Notes: generated from the letters alone by a model not told the origin. DNA of 63,650 nt, filler included, from Nemertoderma westbladi (GCA_032718475.1; 4 parts of 4 records of this genome joined end to end with filler, not necessarily neighbours in it), one strand, 5' to 3'; positions 11,918 through 24,315 are shown, counted from the first letter of the whole stretch. Made by a program: numbers and translations.

Positions 11918-14266
11918 TCAGGCATCTATTGCCTGCAAAAAATGTATTAAAGCCCCTATTACGCGTTTATTGCACCCGGTAGGTTTACTAAGAGTGGTAT
12001 CCACTAGAACTGTTGACTGTACCTTGGACTGTCGGATGGCACTCGGCTGAGGTTTTGGGTACGATCCTGGCTGAGGTTCCGGTTGGGAACCACGATGAGG
12101 TTCCGGGAAGGAATGAGGCTCGGGATCATGGAAGGAACCACGCTGAGGTTCAGGGTAAGAACCACGCTGAGGTTCCGGGTAGGGACCACGCTGGGGTTCC
12201 GGGTAGGAACCACGCTGAGGTTCCGGGTAGGGACCACGCTGGGGTTCCGGGTAGGAACCACGCTGAGGTTCCGGGTAGGAATGAGGCTCGAGTTCATGGG
12301 AGGAACCACGCTGATGTTTAGGGTAGGAACCATGCTGAGGTTCCAGGTAGGAACCATACTGAGGTTCACGGTAGGAACCACGCTGAGGTTCACGATAGGA
12401 ACCACGCTTAGGTTCATGGTAGGAACCCCGCTGAGGATCCGGGAAGGAACCATGCCGAGGTTCCGGGTTGGAACCACGCTGAGGTTCCGGGTAGGAATCA
12501 CCCTGTGGATCAAGGAAGGAACCACGCTGAAGTTCCGAGTAACCTGTCCCGGTCCCCGGCTGATATGCTGAAGACGGAGGCTGTCTGAATCGTGAGTTAC
12601 CATTGTTTGGGTTGTATGGTGTCTGTATGAGACCCGCCTGATGTGTTGGCATCGCGTTGGGTAGCCGCCACGGCGCTGGCCGCGAGTAGATCACTGGTCG
12701 AGTCGGAATGTCGCCTGTGGTGGAATTATCAGGAGCTCGATCACGCTCAGATTGCGGTCTTACCTTGTCGATAATAGATCGCACTAGTAGGCGAATATTG
12801 CTTTCTTTAATGTGTTTATTGTCATATAAATGAGTAAGTAAAATGTTCGAATGATCAACATATGTGCAGTTATTCTTACTCGTTATTCCACTGATCAACT
12901 CATTTAGTTTATCCACCTCCTTGTCTTTTCTACATAGTACCGACGATACAACTACATGACACCTCGGCCATGTTTCCTTTGCAAACTTTACTCCATTTTC
13001 TATATATTTACACACCTGATGGGCCGACTCCTTGTCGAAGTCATTAGTTCCGGTTAATATAAACACAGAGTCGATGTTTTTGTGTTTGTCCGACGCGGAC
13101 TTTAATACGGATTCTATTTGAGCCGCTTTGGAGCACGGTACCATCTTGGCGTCTCGACGTATTTTTCGGGGGTATATATATTTTCTGTTGCTGTCCATCA
13201 CCAGTAGGCAGCGTATATCCTCGTATTTGGATGGATTTTGTGCGGTGAATGGAGGGGAGCTAGGTTGATTTGTAACTTCGGTGCTATCATGGTGCTCCGG
13301 TTCCCTTACCTCGGGTCCGGTATTCACCTCAGCCTGTTGCGAGTCTATAGGCAACTCTACTACCGATTGATTTCCATCGACCTTTGTCTCCTCTGATTGA
13401 GTCTTATTCGACAGCAGGTCTACTTCACTAACCGTATCGTAGTTGGGTAGATCTGTTTGCGTCCCATTTGCATTTCCAGGAGTTAAGGTTAACTTACTTT
13501 GCTCCTGACTTTCTTGTTTGTTGTCCATATTATTATCGTTTGAAGTATTGTTGCCTTCTTCCAGTAAATGTACGCGATCCTGTAGTTTCGATATTATCTT
13601 CATATTGTTCCTATTGGTTTTAAGCAACTGTCCCCATTGTAGCTCCAGTGTTTTCATCCTCTGGTCTAGATCTATGTAGTTTGTAGGCTGTGTAGCAACA
13701 TTGGAATGTGGATCTGGATATGCATGTTGAGTCATCATTTCGTCGCCGCTTTCGCTGTCTGTATCCGAAACATTATTACGAGAGAATGTGACGGTGTCAT
13801 TCAGCGGCACTGCGACCTCGAATTTGTTGACATAGGAGTCATCCGGACTTCCGACGCCGACATCCGCTATCAGTGGATCGTCACCGCTGATGTTGACTGA
13901 TCCTATAGGTATAGGCCTATAGGAAATAGGGGCTGGAGATGGGCTGGGTACCGGTAGGCGTAGGTCTAGATTTTGGTACTTTCCTGGGGCAGAGTTCCGT
14001 CTACCAGTACCCGTAGGCCTACTTGTACATGATTCCCTAACAAAGCGTACCTGCGCGTGTTCATGTAGTCGCTGTACAAAATCGTTTCTTGAACCAGTTG
14101 TTTCCATACCAAGTCTAGTTAATTCGGCCTTCAGATCCGGTACAAACCATTCTTCATAATTTACAAATCCGGTATCGGTACCGGTATCGGCGGTTTCAAA
14201 AGTATCGGTATCCGATGTGCTGGTTAACTCTAATCGCGATCTTTCGCGATCCACTGTTGCCGCCAT
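11918..14266 (-). CDS. LINE ORF1: SAP domain, coiled coil, SGNH esterase, octapeptide repeat
   Basis: VPDLKAELTRLGMETTGSRNDFVQRL (SAP); LLVMDSN..TGTND..DNKH (SGNH); (PEPQRGSY)n; 782 aa intact. Confidence 0.8.
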   Translation of the reverse strand: MAATVDRERSRLELTSTSDTDTFETADTGTDTGFVNYEEWFVPDLKAELTRLGMETTGSRNDFVQRLHEHAQVRFVRESCTSRPTGTGRRNSAPGKYQNLDLRLPVPSPSPAPISYRPIPIGSVNISGDDPLIADVGVGSPDDSYVNKFEVAVPLNDTVTFSRNNVSDTDSESGDEMMTQHAYPDPHSNVATQPTNYIDLDQRMKTLELQWGQLLKTNRNNMKIISKLQDRVHLLEEGNNTSNDNNMDNKQESQEQSKLTLTPGNANGTQTDLPNYDTVSEVDLLSNKTQSEETKVDGNQSVVELPIDSQQAEVNTGPEVREPEHHDSTEVTNQPSSPPFTAQNPSKYEDIRCLLVMDSNRKYIYPRKIRRDAKMVPCSKAAQIESVLKSASDKHKNIDSVFILTGTNDFDKESAHQVCKYIENGVKFAKETWPRCHVVVSSVLCRKDKEVDKLNELISGITSKNNCTYVDHSNILLTHLYDNKHIKESNIRLLVRSIIDKVRPQSERDRAPDNSTTGDIPTRPVIYSRPAPWRLPNAMPTHQAGLIQTPYNPNNGNSRFRQPPSSAYQPGTGTGYSELQRGSFLDPQGDSYPEPQRGSNPEPRHGSFPDPQRGSYHEPKRGSYREPQRGSYREPQYGSYLEPQHGSYPKHQRGSSHELEPHSYPEPQRGSYPEPQRGPYPEPQRGSYPEPQRGPYPEPQRGSYPEPQRGSFHDPEPHSFPEPHRGSQPEPQPGSYPKPQPSAIRQSKVQSTVLVDTTLSKPTGCNKRVIGALIHFLQAIDA
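12050..12540 (-). repeat. 24-bp coding minisatellite, about 20 copies
   Basis: GGAACCACGCTGAGGTTCCGGGTA repeated. Confidence 0.9.
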
Positions 14267-14717
14267 TTTAGACGATCTTTGATAATAGCATCAATCAGAT
14301 GGAAGAGTCAGTCTTGCAGTCAGTCAGTGCTTCAGATTTTAGTTTTTTAGTTTCAGTAATTGCAAAAGATTTCAAATTTTACTGATAAACGTTCTAAGAA
14401 GTGATAACCGAAGGCAAACCGGCCCTTTTATACTAAATATCGCACATGGAAACTAAACAGAATTTTCCACAGCTTCACATTTGAGCAATAAAGTGCTTCG
14501 TGCCCTATGATTGGCCCAGCTCATCGTTCAACGCAGTCCAGCCCTTACACTAATCTGGGACATGGAATCCTAACAGAATTTTCCACTGCCTCACATTTGA
14601 GCAATAAGATAATTTATGCCCTATGATTGGCCTGGCTCATCATTCGCTACGTTGTACGCTTCTCATTGGCCTACCAATTAGCACCAAACGAAAATAAATG
14701 GCCCCAAAATACAAATT

Positions 14718-14788
14718 TCCCGACCGGGATTCGAACTCGTAACCTATGTAATGTAACCAACGCCTTAACCATCTGACCACTACACCAC
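14718..14788 (-). repeat. tRNA-derived SINE head or tRNA pseudogene
   Basis: A-box GTGGTCAGATGGTTAAGG and B-box GTTCGAATCC on the minus strand; no intact anticodon or acceptor stems. Confidence 0.5.
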
Positions 14789-14934
14789 GAGAGTACCTAA
14801 GGGTTTTATGTGTACAAATATGAATAGGCATATTACATTACTGTAACTTAATCAAAATGCGTCGGATTTTCGAAAGTTTTTACGTTAAAGTTAAACTACA
14901 AATGCTACCTTATAGTGAAATAATTCATCAAAGG

Positions 14935-15320
14935 GGTTAAGCAACACGGTCCCTACTTTGCCCTGTCGACACCCCAGCCTTTTTCCACCAATCCTTTTTT
15001 AGAATTTATTAATTTTTTTGGTATTGGTGAAAGTTCTACAACATTAGTAGATATGTTTTTTATGATAGCTAGTGTTTTTTTGCTAGCTAGTATTTTTTGA
15101 AATTATAAAAAATGTGAAAGTCCATGATATGTCAGGTTAAACTGTTGAAGAATATATTAATGACCAAAATAATTTCCAAAAATTACTAGCTAGTAAAAAA
15201 TACTAGCTATATACCATAAAAAATCTACTAAGGTTCTAGAACATTCACTAATATAAAAAAGCACTCAAAATCACAAAAAAATAAAGGTTAAAAAACTCAT
15301 TCGGGACCCTTTTGCTTAAG
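14935..15320. mobile_element. Foldback/MITE with long imperfect inverted arms
   Basis: 15028-15105 is complementary to 15170-15250 (CTAGCTAG blocks); outer ends TTAAGCAA..GGTCCC / GGGACC..TTGCTTAA. Confidence 0.55.
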
Positions 15321-15811
15321 GAGTCAAAATTGTAGAACAAATTCCCGAAGTTTGCGACGTTTGCGAAATTCGCAAAGAATTCGTCTGTTTCTGTGCCCTA
15401 ATGGTTTCGTGACGAAACAATCAAATCTTACACACTTAACACACACGAACTAATTTAATGTGGGTATTAGTATGCCTGAATAATTAAATAGAAATTAAAT
15501 TAATGAACGCTATTACAACATGAAATCTACGGAATCAATACACAACACGCGCACAGTACTGAATTTAAAAATTTATATAGATTGCAACTTATATTTGGCT
15601 ACCTTTTAATGGGTGATTAATTTAATTATTCACCCTTATATATTTGTAGCCTTTTTAATTTGTGCCTCTAATTGAATCAAACATTAAACTAAAATATATG
15701 TCACAATATTGGTCTGTCGGTAGCTGGTCAATGAATTTCTCATAAATTTGTTAATTAGTCGCTGTTCATTCATTGAACATTTGAACACGTGCTGCTCGAA
15801 GACCCCACAAC

Positions 15812-16118
15812 GTGTTTTTTTGCTGATACCAAGCAGAGTATACTACACCGTAGGGTGTGTATTTGGGGAGACGATGACCAATCTACAGTTCCCCAGTCTG
15901 CCGCTATTAGGGGATGAAATGTCTGAATGAGGAAACCTACAATTTTGTTGTTTATGAATGCTTTTTTGCTGATACTTGGCACTTGGCAGAGGACCACTAC
16001 ACCATAGTCTTCGTGTTTGGGGAGGACGCTAACAAGTGCAGAATTATGCAGTCTGCCACTAGGGGGCGAAATGTCTGAAATTAAAACCTTCTATTTTAAT
16101 ACGATAGAGTTGCTGCAG
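15812..16118 (+). repeat. Direct duplication of about 300 bp (second copy about 18460-18770) with CTCF-like motifs
   Basis: Near-identical sequence; internal subrepeats GGAGGACG...AGTCTGCCACTAGGGGGCGAAATGTCTGA. Confidence 0.8.
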
Positions 16119-16422
16119 TGACCTACTGCACTATACAGTAGGTTGTGTTTGCGAGGACGCTAAATACTACTCTGCAGTTATACAATTTTCCACTAAGTGG
16201 AAAATATTACACACAGTTGAAACCTTTTCCCATTTTATTATTTGTAATCCATTGGAGGTGTTACTTGGTAGGTATCTACTACAACATAAAGCCTTATGTT
16301 TATTATTGTATGTAGCTGCAACTAAATCGGAATCAGTCTGATAGTCTTATGTAAAGTTTTGTTAAGTTAATTAATTAATTTATTTATGTTTGATATTGTC
16401 CATTGATTGATTGACTGTATCT

Positions 16423-17815
16423 GTGGCTGGTTTCGAGAAAAGGGACCTGGGGAAAAAATTTTCATTCTGAGAAAAACGCGTTTAAAGTTTGGCTCTTAAA
16501 ATCGACTGTTTTCATTGGTTTATTGGTCGTTATTGGGGTGTTTGCATTGGTTTATCCAACTGTATTATACTAGTAATAGTACTAAGCACTGTATACACTT
16601 GTTTTTTTAGATTATCGTAGAATATCTGTAGCCTATTCGGTTAGTTATTGTACAAACAAGTTAATACACTAATAATTTAGAATTTATTATGGAAACTGAA
16701 TCAGAGTGGATGAACCTATTAAATAATAGGGTTTTCTAGGTCGCTGATCACGATAAAACTTGTTAATAATATTTTTTGGAAAAGCAACTATCATTTTTTG
16801 TGGTATTAATGGATCCCCCAGTATGAAAAGTACAAGTAAAAGAATGTCAAAATAAAAAAATTTGTGTTTGGTTTGATAATTCTGAACTTACGATGAAATT
16901 AGTTATAAATATTTCTGGTAATGCAACCCCAATTTTGGTGCTATTCTAGTGCCCCAGAACGAAAATTACAAGTAGCACAAACTTATAAACTGTCAAATTA
17001 TGCCTTTGGTTTGGTAATTCTGAAGCCATACTGGTTTTCAAGGTAGCTGATCACGATACAACGCGTTACAAATCATTCGTGGTAACGCAACTATCAATTT
17101 TGGTGCTTGTCTGGTGGGACGAAAATTGCAAGTAGCAAACATTTCAAATTGCAAAAAGCGAATTTGGTTGGATAATACGATATTTTTTAATGTCATATTC
17201 GTGATCAGTGTCCCAGAAAACCCATAATGTCTAAAATTCAGGTTAATTTGGTAATGATTTTTGGTTATCAAACTTTTGCTACTTGTATTTTTCGTGCCGC
17301 ACATTGACACATATCGAAAAAATTGTTTTAATTCGTGATCAGCATTCCAAAAAAACCATATGTTCATAAAATCAATTAAATTTTGTGGTGATTTTTCATT
17401 ATCATATTTGCACAACGATTTTTTTCGTGCCCCAAAGGGCACATTCAAAATTACCAAAAATGTTTCTAGAATGTTATATTTGAGTTCAATATTTGTGATC
17501 ATTGTCCAAAAAAACCGCTATATATAGCACAAAAAAATTAATTTTAGTGAATTATAAAAACATTTGAAAATTTTAGCACGAAAAATACCTGAGATGGATG
17601 CCAGAAATGGACCACATCAAAAAATTAACATTGGTTGCGAGAAAAGGGACCTGCGTTTTTAATTTTTTGTTTAAACACTCATAACTTTTTAACGAAAAAC
17701 GATATGAAAAAACTAGTTCGATATTCGGAAAGCCCACAAAATTCTGCATCTAATAGGCCTAAAAACGCAAATTCGACCATGTGGTCCCCAGGTCCCTTTT
17801 CTCGCAACCAGCCAC
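16423..17815. mobile_element. Non-autonomous DNA transposon of 1.4 kb
   Basis: TIRs GTGGCTGGTTTCGAGAAAAGGGACCTGGGGA / TCCCCAGGTCCCTTTTCTCGCAACCAGCCAC; internal TGATCACGA repeats in both orientations. Confidence 0.75.
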
Positions 17816-18898
17816 CTAGCTACTTGCAGACCAATCATATCTTGAGGTGGCCTGCAGGCAGGCTGGGTTGGTTAAGTAGTAATCTCAATAAATAAATAGG
17901 ACCCAGCAGGAGAGCGGAGTGGAACTACTGTGATTGGTTCTTGACTTACATTGGTAAGAACAAGCAGTAAATCTTAGATTAGCTTTTTTCAGTTCACATG
18001 TTTGTAATCATAAACACAAAATGATTGAATTATTCCTTTTTGCAATGTACCGGATGGGTGCTAGCGAGGTAGGCCTAGCAGGTCGTCAGTCCGTCATCCA
18101 ACAAGTTGGAGGTGCGTGCATCTATATGATGCAGACCATCCTCAGCCCATGAACATGAATTGTAAAGGCTATCTCGAGGCTGATTTTTTACACATTTACT
18201 TGATACTTGCATGAATTGTCAGCAAGCAGGAAATTATAACAGCAGTTATTGCATCATCGTAACCACTCTGTTCTAACTGACACTTTGCAGAAGAAATTCT
18301 ACCTGACCATAGCTGCGTGTTGGGAGGACGCCGACCAGTTTGCGGTTCTTCAGTCTGCCACTAGGAGGCGAAATGTCTGAGAGTAAAAATCTTATCCTAT
18401 TTTGTTATTAATAATGTTTTTTAGCTGATACTTAGGTCCTTTACACAATATGTTTATAATGTTTTTTTGCTGATACCAAGCAGAGTATACTACACCGTAG
18501 GGTGTGTATTTGGGCTTGGGGAGACGATGACCAATCTACAGTTCCCCAGTCTGCCGCTATTAGGGGATGAAATGTCTGAATGAGGAAACCTACAATTTTG
18601 TTGTTTATGAATGCTTTTTTGGTGATACTTGGCACTTGGCAGAGGACTACTACACCATAGTCTTCGTGTTTGGGGAGGACGCTAACAAGTGCAGAATTAT
18701 GCAGTCTGCCACTAGGGGGCGAAATGTCTGAAATTAAAACCTTCTTTTTTAATACGATAGAGTTGCTGCAGATGAGTTGTTGCACATTGATTGATTGACT
18801 GTATAGAAGCTTGTGAATCCGATATAAATATCCACTAACTGTCTAGAGCATTCACCCATATAAAAAAAAGCACTCAAAAACGCTAAAAAGTTTCTACT

Positions 18899-19153
18899 GG
18901 ACAATTCGGTCCCGGACATTTCAGCCCCGGACAATTCGGTCCCAGAAAATTCGGTCTCGGACTATTTGGTCCCGGAAATTTCAGTCCCGGACATTTCGTT
19001 CCCTGACAATTCGGTCCCGGACATTACAGTCCCGGATAATTCAGTCCTGGACATTTCAGAGCCGGACACTTCTGTCCTGGAGAATTCGGTCCCATTTATT
19101 TTGTGTTTTGGGGCCGAATTGGCCGGGACCGAATTGTACGGGACCGAATTGTC
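18899..19153. mobile_element. MITE-like element with inverted arrays of about 15-bp repeats
   Basis: (GGACAATTCGGTCCC)n followed by its reverse complement (GGGACCGAATTGTCC)n. Confidence 0.65.
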
Positions 19154-19279
19154 CTTCATCCGAATTCCAAAACCCATGCGGATGCGGAAATTCGCCACAT
19201 CCCTAGACAGTACCATTATATTTTATTATTTAATAAATCGTCACACCACCCCTCAATAATTTATTTACCATTTTTAAAG

Positions 19280-20200
19280 ATGGTGATTCTGAGGTTGAGA
19301 ATGTTGAAAATAGCTCTGAATCTGAATCTGAATCCGACATCGAGAATGACTACCAAGTAAAGCGAAAGAAGACGCCATTGAGAAGCATTTCTAAAAATAA
19401 CACGTCCAAAAATATTGTTAGAGTGTGGACAGGTAAGCTGTATTTAATTTAGGCCTATTATCTACTCAATGGCAGACTGGTCCATTGATATTGATACCAA
19501 TTGATATGTCAATTGATATTTTATCAATTTATATATTGTTATATATTATATATATTATATATTTTATATATATTATATATATATATTATATATTGTCAAT
19601 TTATATACTGTTGATATTGATTAGACGAAAATTAAATATGTCGATCTAGCTAATCCTGGAAATGTATTCCGTAGTAAATATTTTCTATGTATAATAAAGA
19701 TTTATAAACAAAACATTTATTTCCGAATTGCCAGCGGAGAAATTAATTTTACTTATTTTATCTTATTTTATATACTTATTAAACTGACTAAACTATAATA
19801 TTCTTTAGAATTTGAGCGGCTAATTAAATTGTTCATTTTTGTTACCTGTTTCCCTGAAAACGGAACATTCATATGTCAAATATTGCTTAGGCATATTTTT
19901 ATTTTAAGAAAATATTTAGTTGTCAAAGCAGTCGGCGTGCTAATTTTTTTAACTATCTTAGGTGATGGTAAAGCTTCGAATAGGCCTACTACTGGTGGAA
20001 CAAGTCGTTGCTATAAAAACCGCAAACCTTGGAGCGCCGACGAGAAATTCGCAATACGTTTAGCTGTTCGACGATTTCCGCTGGCTTCACGTCTCCCAGG
20101 CAAAAAGGAAATCGATGAATACAAATTTAAATATCGTCACCTGGCAGATCGGCCTTGGGGGGCAAATTAAAGATTACATACGAAATAATAAAAAAAATTG
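19280..20200 (+). pseudogene. Two-exon 3' remnant ending in a SANT/Myb-like domain of Crypton-associated-type proteins
   Basis: Exons 19280-19432 (acidic, KRKK) and 19962-about 20200, phase-1 AG/GT junctions; KPWSADEKFAI...RLPGKKEI...LADRPW[fs]QIKDYIRN. Confidence 0.55.
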
Positions 20201-21554
20201 ATCATATAGTCATTGGTGGTATATTTGGTATATTATGGTGATTATGATTATGGTGTTGTTATGGATGTTATGATTATTGTGATTATGGTGATTATATTAT
20301 GGTGAAATAGTTAAGAAAAGTTATTTTATTTCCCTTGCTATCATTGACTGTATGATGCACGCATCCAATAATTTTATTCATTTTTGAAGGGTAATTTTTT
20401 TCAATTAATTAAAATTGAAAACTTTTCTATTATTACAGCCCTCCCAGCCAAAAAAATCGAGACAAAAAAAGGAAAAAATGATTTTATATTAAAAAAAAAA
20501 AAAGGAAAAAGGATCGCATACAGTTCAAAAAAAGTGAAAAACTGAATAGATATTATCTTTACAAAAGTAATAATAAACATTATGTCTTTAGTGCTGTTTC
20601 TTGATTCTATTTCATTAACCTTACTGTATATACTATGAAGAATCCCATAAAGAAACGTCACTGTTTTAAATGACAGGAAGATATCAAAGAAAGTTAAAAA
20701 ATATAAACACGCAGGAAAGAGAACAACGGCAATGGCAATATAATTAATATTAATTATAGTTAATATATTAATATTTATACAGATATTTTCACCTTTTTTG
20801 CCTAGTTATCAGATATGATTGAGCTCAGCCGATTGATGGTCATTGATGGAGGTTTATCAAATGCTTGTAGATATAACTTTAGTTTGAAAGTGACATAAAA
20901 ACTTTGGTACCGGTACGGATTTCCGGTGGTGGCTATTTTTATATAAATAACAAAAAGACGCAATTAAAATACAACCTTATCCAGGGGGAAATGAACGCAA
21001 ATAACAGCTGATTGACGAGCAAAAATGAAACTGTAACAGTGTTATAGGCTTTCATTTATTGTTTTGGTTAGAATAGACTACCATTGCAACCTGTTCCTTT
21101 CCCTAAATTGAAAATCATCTTTTTTGATTCACCAAGGCGGGTTTTGGTGAATTAAAATATATCACACGCTAAAAATGTAGCTGCCGGAGAGAACTTTAAT
21201 ACATATTTTCTGAGACAGAGACAGCCTCTGTCTCAGAAATATAGAACATGTTACACTTACAGCAGGCTATTTTCTAAACTAAAAAAAAGGAAAAAAAGGT
21301 GTGTAAATGGACAAAAAAAGGAAAAGAGGAAACATTCTAAAAAAAGGAAAAAAAAGGAAAAAATGAAACTCTGGGAGACCTGAATTTTAACCAAAACAAT
21401 AAACAAGTGTCAATAGCACAGGTTACAGTTTAATTATTTCCATCGTAATCATCTGTTATTAGCGTCGATTTTCATTTGGGGAGGGATGAATTTCGATTGC
21501 ATTAACAACAACAACCACCCCCCCCCCCCCCATATTTTTTATGTATGATATTAA

Positions 21555-21654
21555 NNNNNNNNNNNNNNNNNNNNNNNNNNNNNNNNNNNNNNNNNNNNTT
21601 AATTAATTAANNNNNNNNNNNNNNNNNNNNNNNNNNNNNNNNNNNNNNNNNNNN
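21555..21654. other. Assembly gap with TTAATTAATTAA spacer (also 39267-39366 and 55759-55858)
   Basis: N-run / TTAATTAATTAA / N-run, identical at three sites. Confidence 0.95.
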
Positions 21655-22046
21655 TGAGTGATTCTAGTAATTTTAACGGCTCCTGAAATATGTCACGATT
21701 TCAGCTATCTGTGGTCATAGTTAATAAGTTATACAGAAGAACTCTGTATCCTAAAGTTAGAAAGTATACATTGCCATTGACTTTGCAGTGACTTAACTAC
21801 ACTTTACTGCTCTATGGCTGACCCTGACAGATCGTAATTCTGATGACTCCAGATCCCGGGATGGTACATATACAAGAATATTATGCTGTGTGAAAATCTT
21901 AAATCTGCACCACACGTATGATCAACAAGCTGCTGTGCAAGTATAATGGTAGTAAACTCATTGCGAAAACACAGCTATATTATCCTCCGATCATGCCCCT
22001 TCTAGCGTTCTAGCCATAGTCCATACATGGGTCAATGCCAACCATA

Positions 22047-22811
22047 TAGACCAAGTCACGTATGGGACTAAAAATATACAAAAATGTAAATCATTCGAGA
22101 ATGAATAGTCGGGTGGCTTTGATAATTAGATTGCGGAATACACAATAATCAGTCCCCTCCTGCTGTGATACACTCCAACCACAGTTTGTTATAGAAAAAG
22201 CAACAACGAATTAAAAAAAATCGTCACGTACGTTACGGGACATTTTTTAAATTTTGTGATTGTGATTAAGGGCTCATTTTGGCCATTAAAATTACAATTC
22301 AGGTACCAAACGATTAATATCCCTGCTGAGTATAATTCCTGTGAACAAATAAACGTAGCTTCGTAGTAAATTGGAAATATCAGAAATACAAAAAAAATTA
22401 ACGTGGTCCGATTTTTGTCACATAACGTGACACTCGGTAAATGATTAATTTAATAGCATATAAATTGTCAAATATGGGCCACTAACCCGATGTGTTAACA
22501 CTTTCACTTATATTCTTCCATGTGTTTCAATTAGTTTGCCAATTTTTGATGGTTTAGCAGTTCATATGAATAAATTGCGTGAGCGTGTCCAAAATGGTCC
22601 AAAAAAGTGTCCCATACTTAACGGGGGGTTTTTTTTTATCAGAAAACGCGAACTCATAAGATTTAGATTAAAACACATCCATTTCTTAGATAGTTTTGCC
22701 ATGTATGGGTTGTATCAGTGAGACTGCTACGTAAACATTTATTGGGCCAGGTTGAAAAAACTGCCATGTCCCATAACGTGACAGGATGTCCCATACTTGA
22801 CTTATGGTCTA
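22047..22811. mobile_element. MITE / non-autonomous DNA transposon
   Basis: TIRs TAGACCAAGTCACGTATGGGAC / GTCCCATACTTGACTTATGGTCTA; TA flanks. Confidence 0.65.
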
Positions 22812-23610
22812 ACTTACATTTAATTAATGGTTGGGGCTTGCCAGTTACAGATAAACTGTAACCTGCTCCTTCCCCCTAATTGACAACAGACCAAATTAAT
22901 TTATTACCGTGCATAGAAACTAAAGATTCCTGCTTTGGAACAGAGGAAGTACTGTAGCTTGTTTGTTTTCAGATCCTTTTAGTTCAGTTTTGATCTGCAC
23001 AATGTTTCTCAGTGTTGGAAAGAACTAGGCTAGGCACTCATCTTTATAACTGCCTAGTCTTTATAACTCATCTCTATAAAGCCCCAGGAAGCGCCCCATG
23101 AATTCAGGCTGTTACTCTTGATATATTTAGAGGCCTTTTGAACCTAATCAAATGTAAAATCGCAACTGTACAACACACAGTTACACACATTGTCGCAACT
23201 GTGACAATGTCTGCCAATGCTCTTATCATCATTCCGAGTGAGGCTTGCAATCCGATTCCGGTTCCGAGTCCGACCGTCCAATCCATCGACCAGCTGTTGA
23301 TTCAGCATTCAGCCTGTACTTTGGAAGATGTAACACTCCTTCATCCACTTACTAAGTTGACTGTTGCATGCTACTGTGGATTTAATTCTTTCACAGGCTG
23401 CATTGATTGCAAGCAACATCTGCCAATGAGTTTAGCATGATCTATAGAGTACTACGGGTTTGGTTTGAGTAAGACATTGATAGCTAAGGTCTGCAGCGAT
23501 ATAGTTATTTATTTACTAAATTTGGGGGGGGGGGGGTGTAATTAATTGTAACCCTTTTAAACTTTATTGTAATATAATTTCACAATGTATTTATATCTTT
23601 CAATCATCAG

Positions 23611-23699
23611 AGATGGTCAGATGCAAAACGATGTGACAACAACCTTCCTTGACAATTTATTCCTGGAGTACGATAACCGACTACGTCCACTGTATGCGG
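23611..23699 (+). CDS. Glycine-receptor-like Cys-loop channel exon (N-terminal helix)
   Basis: cag|..MQNDVTTTFLDNLFLEYDNRLRPLYAG|gtaagt; YDxRxRP motif. Confidence 0.85.
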
Positions 23700-24102
23700 G
23701 TAAGTATACTTGCACTGACTAGAATAATTTGTATTTGATTACATTCATAAGGATTTCTTATTACTGGGTACATATAAATTGATATAGTTTTCAATTTATG
23801 GTTACTAAACTCGACATCGCGCATCGGACCAGCATGGTTTCGAAATTCCAAAATGAGGTCTTCACAAATTGCAGGTTGATTTTGTTCTAGAATTAAGCAA
23901 CTAATAATAGATCGAATTTCTTAGTAATTATTGCATGAAATATGATGGTATTTTTACATAATTAGTTATATACTATTTTTCTGTATTTATTTGAAATACA
24001 AAGTCAGTTCCTTATCGGGCCGCTAGGCCCGTCACTAGTCATATGTTACAGATTTATGCATACAGTCTTTGTATCAAATCTTATGATTCTTATTTTATTT
24101 AG

Positions 24103-24170
24103 GGCCGCCACTGAACGTAACAATATCAGTGAAGATTGCTAGTATGGGAGCAATATCGGAACGTACAATG
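24103..24170 (+). CDS. GlyR-like channel exon (68 bp)
   Basis: ag|GPPLNVTISVKIASMGAISERTM|gtaagt; same phase and size as the GlyR GPPVNV exon. Confidence 0.9.
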
Positions 24171-24315
24171 GTAAGTGACTGTGGGTACTGATAGCCAGGT
24201 TGCGTTGCACATAATACGTCATCAATACAATATAACTAATATATTAACATGTTACAATGCTGCCTTGTCTAGTGAGAGTTTCCATTAAATTAAGAAAGAC
24301 GCTACTACTAGGAAG

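Larger units (their letters stand above)
9431..14390 (-). mobile_element. L2/CR1-group LINE with ORF1 and endonuclease-less ORF2
   Basis: Two tandem ORFs, RT motifs, C-terminal WNALP motif, (TAA)n tail at about 9431-9444. Confidence 0.85.

Noticed and set aside
12004-12603. Overlapping ORFs in other frames of LINE ORF1
   Set aside because: By-products of a stop-free 24-bp repeat
14718-14788. Functional tRNA gene (a similar weak case at about 47925-47990)
   Set aside because: A and B boxes are present but no convincing cloverleaf
21555-21654. TTAATTAATTAA palindrome within N runs at three sites
   Set aside because: Identical six-frame-stop spacer added during scaffolding; not biological, and adjacency across these gaps is uncertain
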